Source: a virus (taxonomy: Duplodnaviria > Caudoviricetes). Taken from it: a DNA stretch of 64,000 nucleotides. Below are positions 1 through 7,312 of this stretch, one piece after another. The stretch's first letter is position 1. The number at the start of each line of letters is the position of its first letter. The DNA lies in the IMG/VR virus record IMGVR_UViG_3300037247_001786, positions 96,001 through 160,000 of that record. One strand, 5' to 3'. Made by a program: the position numbers and the translations under genes. Under the pieces are notes generated by a model. The model did no database searches. It saw nothing but the letters and a program-made list of their open reading frames with translations, and was not told the DNA's origin.

Positions 1-1
1 G

Positions 2-118
2 GACAAATTGACCGAAGTTAAAAAATATGGAAGATATCCAAAAATGCATATGGTCGTAGTCCCAGAATATACGTTGCCTGGGGGTAGATCGAGATGGTTT
101 CGTTATTTGTTTAAATAA
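2..118 (+). CDS. 3' end of an upstream hypothetical protein (partial)
   Basis: Frame open from the window edge: DKLTEVKKYGRYPK...RWFRYLFK, TAA at 116-118. Confidence 0.5.
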   Translation, partial: DKLTEVKKYGRYPKMHMVVVPEYTLPGGRSRWFRYLFK

Positions 119-151
119 CAGAAGTCCAGAATATAATTTTTATAAAAATAA

Positions 152-176
152 AGGAATACTTCTTTTAATTCCGAAT
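152..176 (+). promoter_or_regulatory. Class II (sigmaH-like) promoter AGG-N18-GAAT
   Basis: AAAGGAATAC...CCGAAT, same spacing as about 13 other intergenic copies. Confidence 0.5.
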
Positions 177-188
177 TATAATAGAAGA

Positions 189-210
189 GTGATTATATTT
201 ATAGTATAAT
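189..210 (+). promoter_or_regulatory. Class I promoter GTGATT-N10-TATAAT
   Basis: GTGATT ATATTTATAG TATAAT upstream of SD AAGGAG and ATG 245. Confidence 0.65.
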
Positions 211-244
211 CTAAATTATAATTTAATTAAAAGGAGTATTTTTT

Positions 245-1279
245 ATGGAACAAGTAAAAAGAGACCCAACAAAAGCAGCGAAAGCAAAAATCAAAAAAAT
301 GTTATCTAAATACAATTGGATAATAGCGGAGCCGTATTACGACACAGTAATAGACAATGGCTCAACGGGTAAAAGTAAGACATTTATAACGCTTAGACAG
401 TTTAAGGAGCGTATAGACGAAGGACAAAGCCTTAAAGCAATGAAGGGAGAAGGAGTCTCAAAACACTTAATCCAATTCTTTAGTAATTTTCTTCAAGGTA
501 AGATTAAATTAACAAAATCAGATTTCGAAGATAGATATAATGAAGGAAAAGAGCTAGACGAAATTTGTGCCGAATTTAATGTCCAACGAGGAGACCTTAC
601 TTATCTTCGGCAACTTTATGGAATTAAAAGAAAAGGGGCAACTTTTATTAAGAGAAAAAAAACAGAAGAACCTCTTACCCAAATTCAAAAAGATCTTATC
701 TATGGTTCTTTGATGGGAGACGCAAAATCCCAGAATAATAAGTGGAATACTTCAGTCGGTTTTGGGCACGGGCGAACACAAAAAGAGTATGTAGAATGGA
801 AGCACTCTTTACTGAAGAATATTTCTACTCCAAAAGGTATAACTAAATATTCTTACTATGACGAAAGATATAAAAAAGATTACGATACATATAGATTTTA
901 TACTCTCGCTAATTCCGACGTTGAAGAGATATTGCATAAGTTCTATACCAGTGACGGAAAACAAATTAACAACGATATCTTAGATCATTTATCTGCTTTT
1001 TCTATTGCTGTTTGGTATATGGATGACGGATATGCAGATAAAGGGAAATACGGAATAACTAATTATATCTTTTGTACTGACTCTTTCTCCTCTGAATCCT
1101 GTGACAATATAGTTAAATGGTTCGATGAAAAATGGGGGATTAAATCCCATAAGAGAGAGCGTCAACTAAGTGATAGAATAGGATATCGAATTGTTATTAG
1201 GGCAGAATCGAGAGATAGATTCATTTCTCTAGTCGAACCTCACCTCATTCCGTCGCTTCGATACAAAATAGAATTGTAA
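245..1279 (+). CDS. Free-standing LAGLIDADG-family homing endonuclease (LAGLIDADG_2/DOD-like)
   Basis: Motifs IYGSLMGDA and IAVWYMDDG, plus FCTDSFS and YRIVI typical of this family; N-terminal helical extension; SD AAGGAG. Confidence 0.85.
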   Translation: MEQVKRDPTKAAKAKIKKMLSKYNWIIAEPYYDTVIDNGSTGKSKTFITLRQFKERIDEGQSLKAMKGEGVSKHLIQFFSNFLQGKIKLTKSDFEDRYNEGKELDEICAEFNVQRGDLTYLRQLYGIKRKGATFIKRKKTEEPLTQIQKDLIYGSLMGDAKSQNNKWNTSVGFGHGRTQKEYVEWKHSLLKNISTPKGITKYSYYDERYKKDYDTYRFYTLANSDVEEILHKFYTSDGKQINNDILDHLSAFSIAVWYMDDGYADKGKYGITNYIFCTDSFSSESCDNIVKWFDEKWGIKSHKRERQLSDRIGYRIVIRAESRDRFISLVEPHLIPSLRYKIEL

Positions 1280-1280
1280 A

Positions 1281-1302
1281 GTGATTAATCTTCAAGTAAA
1301 AT
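1281..1302 (+). promoter_or_regulatory. Class I promoter
   Basis: GTGATT AATCTTCAAG TAAAAT. Confidence 0.55.
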
Positions 1303-1333
1303 AGTATCTTTAATATTATCAGTAAAGGAAACT

Positions 1334-1894
1334 ATGATTATTAGTGCTTTTGTATTTGGGATTATTAACAGCGTGGTATCTACAATTATCATCTCTATTG
1401 TGGTTTATTGTTATCTTCGTTTTAAAAATTATATAAGGATTAACTCTATCATTAACATAATCAATAGAGAAAGTACAGGGAGTGGAGTCCCTAGAGACAA
1501 AAATGACAGATTAATTGTTGGAGATGTCCAATGTCATATTTCGGAAAATAGAAGCTTAGAGTTTTTTAGTGTAAAAATAAAAAATATTACGTTATATACG
1601 GACGAAGGAGGTGCTCGCCGAGATAGGGAGCCTCCTCCAAAAGTTATAGATATTTCATCTTTAGGCGTTCAAAGTATATCTACTCCCTTAAATAAACTTA
1701 ATAATAACAGGTGGGGATTAATGACTCTTAACGAGATAAAATGTTGTCCTGGTTTTTATAGTAGATTTAAATGCGTGTGTTTTGATATAGATTATATTGA
1801 TACATACGGTCAGTGCCAATTTGGATTTGTATTATTAAATAAAGAAAAATCTAAAAAAATGATAGACCACTTATCTTCTACCGATTTTCTTTAA
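1334..1894 (+). CDS. Hypothetical protein with N-terminal transmembrane helix
   Basis: 186 aa ORF, SD AAGGA, hydrophobic first 28 residues. Confidence 0.7.
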   Translation: MIISAFVFGIINSVVSTIIISIVVYCYLRFKNYIRINSIINIINRESTGSGVPRDKNDRLIVGDVQCHISENRSLEFFSVKIKNITLYTDEGGARRDREPPPKVIDISSLGVQSISTPLNKLNNNRWGLMTLNEIKCCPGFYSRFKCVCFDIDYIDTYGQCQFGFVLLNKEKSKKMIDHLSSTDFL

Positions 1895-1921
1895 CAAATA
1901 AGACTAACTAGCCCAAATTTT

Positions 1922-1951
1922 GCCCAAACCGTCAAAAGTTTGGGCTTTTTT
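1922..1951 (+). terminator. Rho-independent terminator (repeated at 5046-5075)
   Basis: GCCCAAAC-CGTCAAAA-GTTTGGGC-T6. Confidence 0.8.
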
Positions 1952-1979
1952 AGTGATTTAATTTCTGTTAAGATGAAGT
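1940..1979 (+). repeat. 40-bp direct repeat copy 1 (terminator tail plus class I promoter); copy 2 at 6381-6420
   Basis: TTGGGCTTTTTTAGTGATTTAATTTCTGTTAAGATGAAGT identical at both sites; contains GTGATT-N10-TAAGAT at 1953-1974. Confidence 0.9.
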
Positions 1980-2000
1980 GTTAAATTTAATGGAGAAGAT

Positions 2001-2147
2001 ATGAACAGAGAAAAGTTTTGGGCAAAAACTTTTATTTGTAGGAGATGTGGAAGTAGGAGTAGATGTAATAGTTACTGTTTAAAATTAACATGTTCTTGTG
2101 GATACGTCCTTTTTAGGAGCAAAAAGGCAAAAAGATTAGAGTTGTAG
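2001..2147 (+). CDS. Small Cys-rich (zinc-ribbon-like) protein, 48 aa; not in the ORF track
   Basis: MNREKFWAKTFICRRCGSRSRCNSYCLKLTCSCGYVLF...; SD GGAGA; paralog at 6911-7054. Confidence 0.65.
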   Translation: MNREKFWAKTFICRRCGSRSRCNSYCLKLTCSCGYVLFRSKKAKRLEL

Positions 2148-2168
2148 TGGTTAAATTGGAGAAATATA

Positions 2169-2600
2169 ATGAAGTTATTTTTTAGAACTAGAAGAGAAGA
2201 TTTAAAGCTATTAAATTTTATATTAGAAGAATTAGATTTTACCCAATTCGAGTTAAATTGTTTTGACGACAAAGAGAATTGTGTCATTCGGATGGAAGAC
2301 GCTTCTTTCCGCGATATTTTTAATTTTATGGATAATTTATTTTATAGTTATTCTGGTGCGGATGAAATTACGTTTCCTATGGGTTCTGTTTTAATATATC
2401 ATAAAAAAGATAGGAATATTTATATTGATTTTAAAGATTTCGAGGGGCAATCAGATATTCGTCCTTTTGATGAGGCGATTAATCCTGATTACGGATTAGA
2501 TATTGATGATTTTGACATTGATAGTGGTAATTATTTTATCGCTATAAAGTCGCCTGGTGGTTTTTATTGTTATCAATTATCTGGTGACCCTTATAAGTAA
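2169..2600 (+). CDS. Hypothetical acidic protein
   Basis: 143 aa ORF with upstream GGAG, on the coding strand of its neighbours. Confidence 0.7.
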   Translation: MKLFFRTRREDLKLLNFILEELDFTQFELNCFDDKENCVIRMEDASFRDIFNFMDNLFYSYSGADEITFPMGSVLIYHKKDRNIYIDFKDFEGQSDIRPFDEAINPDYGLDIDDFDIDSGNYFIAIKSPGGFYCYQLSGDPYK

Positions 2601-2628
2601 TTCCCAGTATGCGATACAAGATAGGCAA
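2600..2628 (+). repeat. 29-bp direct repeat copy 1 (copy 2 at 4151-4179; 20-bp partial copy at 5640-5659)
   Basis: ATTCCCAGTATGCGATACAAGATAGGCAA exact at both sites. Confidence 0.92.
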
Positions 2629-2645
2629 GTGATTTTCCTTTCAAA

Positions 2646-2667
2646 GTGATTATAGATTCACTATAAT
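2646..2667 (+). promoter_or_regulatory. Class I promoter with a second GTGATT upstream (2629-2634)
   Basis: GTGATT ATAGATTCAC TATAAT followed by SD GAGGAGG. Confidence 0.7.
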
Positions 2668-2693
2668 ATGATCTTAATTTTGAGGAGGAAAAG

Positions 2694-4175
2694 GTGAGAG
2701 AGATATTAGATGATATAGATTTATTTGCGGCAAGTAGACAAGTAGTAGAATATATAATAGCCGGGAATGGAAAGCGAGGAAAATGCCTATCTATTACGCA
2801 TCCGGAAATTGCTAAAGAGTGGGATTTTACTAAAAATAAATTAACACCAAAAGAGGTTACTTATGGGACTAGTAAAAAAGTCTATTGGATTTGTCCTAAA
2901 GGTCATGAATTTGATGCGTTAATAAATAACAGGGCAAGAAGAGGCGATGGTTGTCCTTGTTGTTCTGGGCATAAAGTACATAAAGATAATTGTTTGGCTA
3001 CCCTTAGGCCCGATTTGGCTAAAGAATGGCATCCAACTTTAAACGATTTAACACCAGAAGAAGTTACTTGTGGTAACAATAAAAAAGTGTGGTGGATATG
3101 TCCTAAAGGACATGAATATGAGATAAAGATAAGCCATAGATGTTCGAGAAATCAGGGTTGTCATTATTGTTCTGGGAGGAAAGTTTGTCAAGACAATTGT
3201 TTGGCTACCCTTAGTCCCGATTTGGCTAAAGAATGGCATCCAACTTTAAACGATTTAACACCAGAAGAAGTTACTTGTGGTAGCAAGAAAAAAGTCTATT
3301 GGATTTGCCCTAAAGGGCATGAATATGACGCGACAATAAATAACAGGACTAACGGAGCTAATTGCTCCTATTGTTCCGGACAAAGAGTGCATAAAGATAA
3401 TTGTTTAGCTACTCTCAAACCCGATTTAGCTAAAGAATGGGATTTCATTAAAAATGATTTAACTCCAGAAGAAGTTACTTGTGGTAGCCCTAAAAAAGTC
3501 TATTGGATTTGTCCTAAAGGACATGAATATGACTCGACAATAAGTAGCAGGACTAACGGAACTAATTGCCCCTATTGTTCTGGACAAAGAGTTTGTCAAG
3601 ACAATTGTTTGGCTACCCTTAGGCCCGATTTGGCTAAAGAATGGCATCCAACTTTAAACGATTTAACACCAGAAGAAGTTACTTGCGGTAGCCCTAAAAA
3701 AGTGTGGTGGATATGCCCTAAAGGGCATGAATATGACGCATCTATATGGAAAAGGGCAAGGCGAAGGCAGGGGTGCCGTATCTGTTCCTATGGCAAATCT
3801 GAAAAAGAGGTAGGAGATATTTTAAAAATATATTTCGACAAGTGGAAAATTTTAAGACAGAAAAAAATATGGGATAGCTATAAAAGGTATAATCATAAAA
3901 GATATTGTGATTATTGGTTAGAGAGAAATGGGGCGAAAATTATGGTAGAATATGATGGCAGGCAACATTTTGAACCAGTTAGATTTGCAAATTTTTCTTG
4001 GAAAAAAGCACAAAAAAATCTTGAAAAAACTCAAATAAAAGACAAACTTGACGCAAAATTTTGCAAAGAGCATGGAATTATTCTTCATCGGATCAAATAT
4101 AATGAAGATAAAGAAGAGTCTATTAAGAGACTAAAAGCAAGTTTAGAGTTATTCCCAGTATGCGATACAAGATAG
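2694..4175 (+). CDS. Zinc-ribbon repeat (DUF4379-like, five units) protein with C-terminal Vsr/DUF559-like PD-(D/E)XK endonuclease domain
   Basis: Five 68-69 aa repeats LAKEW..N..TPEEVT.GS.KKV.WICPKGHEY..I..R...C..C; C-terminal DYWL...VEYDGRQH...KFCKEHGIILHRIKY; GTG start with strong SD. Confidence 0.8.
   Translation: MREILDDIDLFAASRQVVEYIIAGNGKRGKCLSITHPEIAKEWDFTKNKLTPKEVTYGTSKKVYWICPKGHEFDALINNRARRGDGCPCCSGHKVHKDNCLATLRPDLAKEWHPTLNDLTPEEVTCGNNKKVWWICPKGHEYEIKISHRCSRNQGCHYCSGRKVCQDNCLATLSPDLAKEWHPTLNDLTPEEVTCGSKKKVYWICPKGHEYDATINNRTNGANCSYCSGQRVHKDNCLATLKPDLAKEWDFIKNDLTPEEVTCGSPKKVYWICPKGHEYDSTISSRTNGTNCPYCSGQRVCQDNCLATLRPDLAKEWHPTLNDLTPEEVTCGSPKKVWWICPKGHEYDASIWKRARRRQGCRICSYGKSEKEVGDILKIYFDKWKILRQKKIWDSYKRYNHKRYCDYWLERNGAKIMVEYDGRQHFEPVRFANFSWKKAQKNLEKTQIKDKLDAKFCKEHGIILHRIKYNEDKEESIKRLKASLELFPVCDTR
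2784..3790 (+). repeat. Intragenic tandem repeat, five units of 204-207 bp
   Basis: Unit starts (Cys codon) at 2784, 2991, 3198, 3402, 3606; long identical DNA stretches between units. Confidence 0.9.
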
Positions 4176-4234
4176 GCAAATAGAGGTTTTCTTTTATTTT
4201 CGCGGAATAAATAGTTATGAACTGGTATAAACAA
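4151..4234 (+). repeat. Cassette junction repeat: 29-bp repeat copy 2; 4160-4234 matches 5640-5714 with one mismatch
   Basis: ATGCGATACAAGATAGGCAAATAGAGGTTTTCTTTTATTTTCGCGGAATAAATAGTTATGAA(C/T)TGGTATAAACAA; encodes CDTR-stop, a class II promoter and MNWYKQ. Confidence 0.92.
4184..4208 (+). promoter_or_regulatory. Class II (sigmaH-like) promoter, probably giving a leaderless mRNA
   Basis: AGGTTTT...CGCGGAAT; ATG is 8 nt after the -10 box; no SD. Confidence 0.6.
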
Positions 4235-5041
4235 ATTAAAATATCTTATACAAGAGCGAAGCAATGGGATCAAGAAACTTTAGACAGAATTGGGCAGTTG
4301 TTTTTAGAGGGTAATAATATATCTCAAGTTGCTAAAATAATGAATATTCCTCGTACAACCCTAACCTCTTTAAACAAAAAATACAAATGGAAAGAATCTA
4401 GAGTTTTTTCTCAAGACGAATTAGATACAATCGGAGAATTAATATCAGAAGGTAATTCTTTAACCGAAATTGCAAATATGCTTAATATCCCTCGTTCGAC
4501 ATTGTCTTGGATGAGAGGAAAATACAATTGGGAAAGTTTTGACGAACAAAAACGAAAATGGTGGAAACAATTAGCCGATTCTTATCTAGAGGGATTAAGC
4601 TTTGATGATGTAGCCGCCAAATTTAACACGACTAACATAAGTGTTCGTAATGCATTAATATTTTTAGGTTTAAAAGATAAGATACGGTCTCAATCAGAGA
4701 TTTCTAAACAAAAATGGCAAGATGAAGATTTTAGAAATAAGATGATGGAATACCATGGAAGTGATGAAAATAGAAAAAGGGTAAGTGAATGGTCTAAGAA
4801 GAATTGGCAAAATCCTGAAATGAGAAAGAGGTTGACAGATGCTCCTACTCAATGGTGGGCAGAGCGAGGAGGACTAGAGGGTTATTTAACATCTATTCCT
4901 AAAGAGCAAGCTATTACTTATTTAAATGGACTTGTCGCTAGAAAACATACTGAAAATCCTGATATGGCATTTGCTATTAAAAATAAATATATGCAAATAA
5001 TAGAGCGAGCCAATTCTGAACCTCAACTACCTACTATATAA
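4217..5041 (+). CDS. Multi-HTH DNA-binding protein with MNWYKQ leader and W..P..R helical repeats
   Basis: Three HTH-like segments (ISQVAKIMNIPRTTL, LTEIANMLNIPRSTL, FDDVAAKFNTTNISV); no nuclease motif seen; paralog of 5697-6353. Confidence 0.7.
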   Translation: MNWYKQIKISYTRAKQWDQETLDRIGQLFLEGNNISQVAKIMNIPRTTLTSLNKKYKWKESRVFSQDELDTIGELISEGNSLTEIANMLNIPRSTLSWMRGKYNWESFDEQKRKWWKQLADSYLEGLSFDDVAAKFNTTNISVRNALIFLGLKDKIRSQSEISKQKWQDEDFRNKMMEYHGSDENRKRVSEWSKKNWQNPEMRKRLTDAPTQWWAERGGLEGYLTSIPKEQAITYLNGLVARKHTENPDMAFAIKNKYMQIIERANSEPQLPTI

Positions 5042-5045
5042 ACTA

Positions 5046-5075
5046 GCCCAAACCCTCAAAAGTTTGGGCTTTTTT
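5046..5075 (+). terminator. Rho-independent terminator, near-identical to 1922-1951
   Basis: GCCCAAAC-CCTCAAAA-GTTTGGGC-T6. Confidence 0.8.
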
Positions 5076-5143
5076 CTTGGACAATATACTGTCGTACCTC
5101 GTCATAGCGTGCCGTAGCTAGGAGTAAGTGATTTCTTTGCAAA

Positions 5144-5165
5144 GTGATTAAGATATCGCTATAAT
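5144..5165 (+). promoter_or_regulatory. Class I promoter with a second GTGATT upstream (5128-5133)
   Basis: GTGATT AAGATATCGC TATAAT followed by SD GAGGAG. Confidence 0.7.
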
Positions 5166-5193
5166 ATATCTTTAATTATTTTGAGGAGAGAGG

Positions 5194-5655
5194 ATGCCAG
5201 AGATATTAGGCGATATAGATATGTTCGCGGGAGAAAGAAAGAAAAAATGCACTTATTGCAAAAGATTTAAAAGCTTAGATAAATTTGGAAAAGATAAAGG
5301 GCAATCTTCTGGATTAAAATGCAGATGTAAGGGATGTATGAATCTTATTCAAAGGCAGGACTATGCTAATAGTAGTAGACGCTACGAAGATATGACCAAG
5401 AGAGCTTTGAAACGCCTTTATGGAATATCTTTAGAGCAATATAAAAAAATGGCTGATGCACAAATGAACTGTTGTGCTATCTGTGGCAAACATCAAAAGA
5501 ATTTTAATCATCGCTTAGCCGTTGACCATTGCCATGAAACTGGAAAAATACGAGGGCTACTATGTGCTAAATGCAATACGGGTATCGGAAATTTTAAAGA
5601 CGATATTCACTTATTAGGACAAGCCATAGAGTATCTTCGATGCGATACAAGATAG
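5194..5655 (+). CDS. Recombination endonuclease VII-family (His-Me finger) nuclease
   Basis: CAICG...LAVDHCHETGKIRGLLCAKCNTGIGNFKDD..LLGQAIEYL; N-terminal CxxC...CxxC zinc domain. Confidence 0.88.
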   Translation: MPEILGDIDMFAGERKKKCTYCKRFKSLDKFGKDKGQSSGLKCRCKGCMNLIQRQDYANSSRRYEDMTKRALKRLYGISLEQYKKMADAQMNCCAICGKHQKNFNHRLAVDHCHETGKIRGLLCAKCNTGIGNFKDDIHLLGQAIEYLRCDTR

Positions 5656-5714
5656 GCAAATAGAGGTTTTCTTTTATTTTCGCGGAATAAATAGTTATGA
5701 ATTGGTATAAACAA
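5640..5714 (+). repeat. Cassette junction repeat copy 2, including class II promoter 5664-5688
   Basis: Matches 4160-4234 except position 5702. Confidence 0.92.
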
Positions 5715-6353
5715 TCACAATCTATAGGTAAGAGGTGGACATTAGAAGACCTACAGGTAATAAGAGAATTACTCGAAGAGGGGCATTCCTCAAGGCAAAT
5801 AGCTAAATTATTTGAAGTAGCCCACTCTACAATAAATACGTTAAACAATAAATACAATTTAAAATCTTTTCCTAAAAAACAATTGAACAGAATTAAACCT
5901 ATGGAAGATAAGATAAAAGAACTCTATCTATTACCTCCTGATGGTCAAGGTTTATCTGCTATGGAAGTTGGAAGACAATTAGATATTTCTCCTACTACTG
6001 TTCGTAAAGTTATAGGAAATTTAGGGCTAGATGTTAGAGGGGGGGCTGAAGCTTGGGATGATGATAGAAGAGAGCAAACAAGTGAAAGATTTAAAAAGCA
6101 ATGGGAAGACCCGGAACATAAGGAAATGATGAGAGGAGTTTCGGAACAGTATTGGAACAATCCCGCAAATAGGGAAAATGCGAGTCTTCGAGAAAAAGCA
6201 AGATGGGAAGATGACCCTACGATTAGAGAAAGGGCTGTTAAGAAAAGAGAAGAATATTGGGCAAATTATCCTGGTGGTTTTAATGCTTGGATACAATCCT
6301 TTCCTCCTGAGAAGCAAAAAGAAATTCTTAATGCGATAAACGCTCCAAATTAA
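5697..6353 (+). CDS. HTH DNA-binding protein with MNWYKQ leader and W..P..R repeats
   Basis: SSRQIAKLFEVAHSTI and SAMEVGRQLDISPTTV HTH-like segments; WEDPEHKE, WNNPANRE repeats. Confidence 0.7.
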   Translation: MNWYKQSQSIGKRWTLEDLQVIRELLEEGHSSRQIAKLFEVAHSTINTLNNKYNLKSFPKKQLNRIKPMEDKIKELYLLPPDGQGLSAMEVGRQLDISPTTVRKVIGNLGLDVRGGAEAWDDDRREQTSERFKKQWEDPEHKEMMRGVSEQYWNNPANRENASLREKARWEDDPTIRERAVKKREEYWANYPGGFNAWIQSFPPEKQKEILNAINAPN

Positions 6354-6361
6354 TTAACTTC

Positions 6362-6392
6362 AAGCCCATCTCTTATTGAGTTGGGCTTTTTT
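6362..6392 (+). terminator. Rho-independent terminator
   Basis: AAGCCCATCTC-TTATT-GAGTTGGGCTT followed by a T run. Confidence 0.75.
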
Positions 6393-6420
6393 AGTGATTT
6401 AATTTCTGTTAAGATGAAGT
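6381..6420 (+). repeat. 40-bp direct repeat copy 2 (includes class I promoter 6394-6415)
   Basis: Identical to 1940-1979. Confidence 0.9.
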
Positions 6421-6438
6421 ATTAAATGGAGCAAAGAT

Positions 6439-6909
6439 ATGGGATATAGAAATTATTTATATAAGATAAAAAAAGAAGATTATGTTAAGGGGCGAGAGTT
6501 TTTCGATTATGACGATGATATTGCGACTGAGATATATGAGCTTGGCAAATATCTTGATAACGAAGTTAGAGAAGGTCTCTCTGTTATAGATGAAAATAAC
6601 TGCCCAGATACTGAATGCTTGTTAATTGATATAGAATCGGTACTTTGCATCATCTCTCATTATGCTCAAAGGCATCTTAATTTTCTCAATACTTTAAAAA
6701 GAGGAAAGAACCCTCAATATACTATGGAATCACATCTTGATGACCAGATTCGAAAATGGTCTCGCCCAGATGACTTTGTTTATGATTTAGATAGAGGTAG
6801 AGAAAATATAGTAAACAGTTGGGAATTTCAATATGAGATTTTTGATTTAGTTCGTATTTATAAGACATTTGATACTGAAAATTATTTTTTAATATGGGCA
6901 GGATATTAG
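6439..6909 (+). CDS. Hypothetical phage protein
   Basis: 156 aa ORF with GGAG SD. Confidence 0.72.
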   Translation: MGYRNYLYKIKKEDYVKGREFFDYDDDIATEIYELGKYLDNEVREGLSVIDENNCPDTECLLIDIESVLCIISHYAQRHLNFLNTLKRGKNPQYTMESHLDDQIRKWSRPDDFVYDLDRGRENIVNSWEFQYEIFDLVRIYKTFDTENYFLIWAGY

Positions 6910-6910
6910 A

Positions 6911-7054
6911 ATGAAGAAAAAATGTATTTGTTCTCGTTGTAAGAGTATATGGACTCGGCAATCAAGGAGTTGCATAAAAATAACTTGCACTTGCGGAAAA
7001 GTGGTTATGGACAGGACAAAAGAATATGAATCGAGAAGAAGACATGAGATTTAA
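6911..7054 (+). CDS. Small Cys-rich protein, 47 aa; paralog of 2001-2147; not in the ORF track
   Basis: MKKKCICSRCKSIWTRQSRSCIKITCTCGKVVMDRTKEYESRRRHEI; fills the gap between two genes. Confidence 0.6.
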   Translation: MKKKCICSRCKSIWTRQSRSCIKITCTCGKVVMDRTKEYESRRRHEI

Positions 7055-7292
7055 ACCTGGGCAAAAAGTAAAACTTAAAAAAAGTGCTTTAAGTAGTCAG
7101 CAAGATGGAGTTGTATCTAATTTATATCCTCCTTATGTAGCGACTATTAGTTTCGTTACCCCTGACCCTCATTCTGGTGATTATATGTACGAGTTTAAGG
7201 AATGCCCTTGGGGTTGGTACGAGAGTGAGGTAGATTGTCTTTATAGGTGGGAAAAGGCATCTAATATATTTGCGATAATAGATTTAGATTAA
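7044..7292 (+). CDS. Hypothetical protein (MRFKPGQKV start; SH3/KOW-like small beta domain possible)
   Basis: Track start 7026; the ATG at 7044 gives the common phage F..G.KV N-terminus. Confidence 0.65.
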   Translation: MRFKPGQKVKLKKSALSSQQDGVVSNLYPPYVATISFVTPDPHSGDYMYEFKECPWGWYESEVDCLYRWEKASNIFAIIDLD

Positions 7293-7312
7293 TATTTAGC
7301 GGGAGAAAAGTT

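Noticed and set aside
245-1279. LAGLIDADG as part of an intein or group I intron
   Set aside because: It has its own promoter, SD, start and stop; no HINT splicing motifs and no interrupted host gene were visible.
3048-3647. Two similar minus-strand ORFs (MPFFSQIG...) at 3048-3239 and 3459-3647
   Set aside because: Antisense shadows of the tandem zinc-ribbon repeats; their similarity follows from the sense-strand repeat, and they have no SD or promoter.
2784-3790. Diversity-generating retroelement TR/VR pair
   Set aside because: Differences between units are not adenine-specific as far as I can see, all units are in-frame coding, and there is no reverse transcriptase in the window.
2600-5714. 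Junction repeats as a CRISPR array or integron attC sites
   Set aside because: Only two or three copies about 1.5 kb apart, no 30-40 bp spacers, no cas genes, no RYYYAAC/GTTRRRY ends or long attC palindrome, and no integrase seen.
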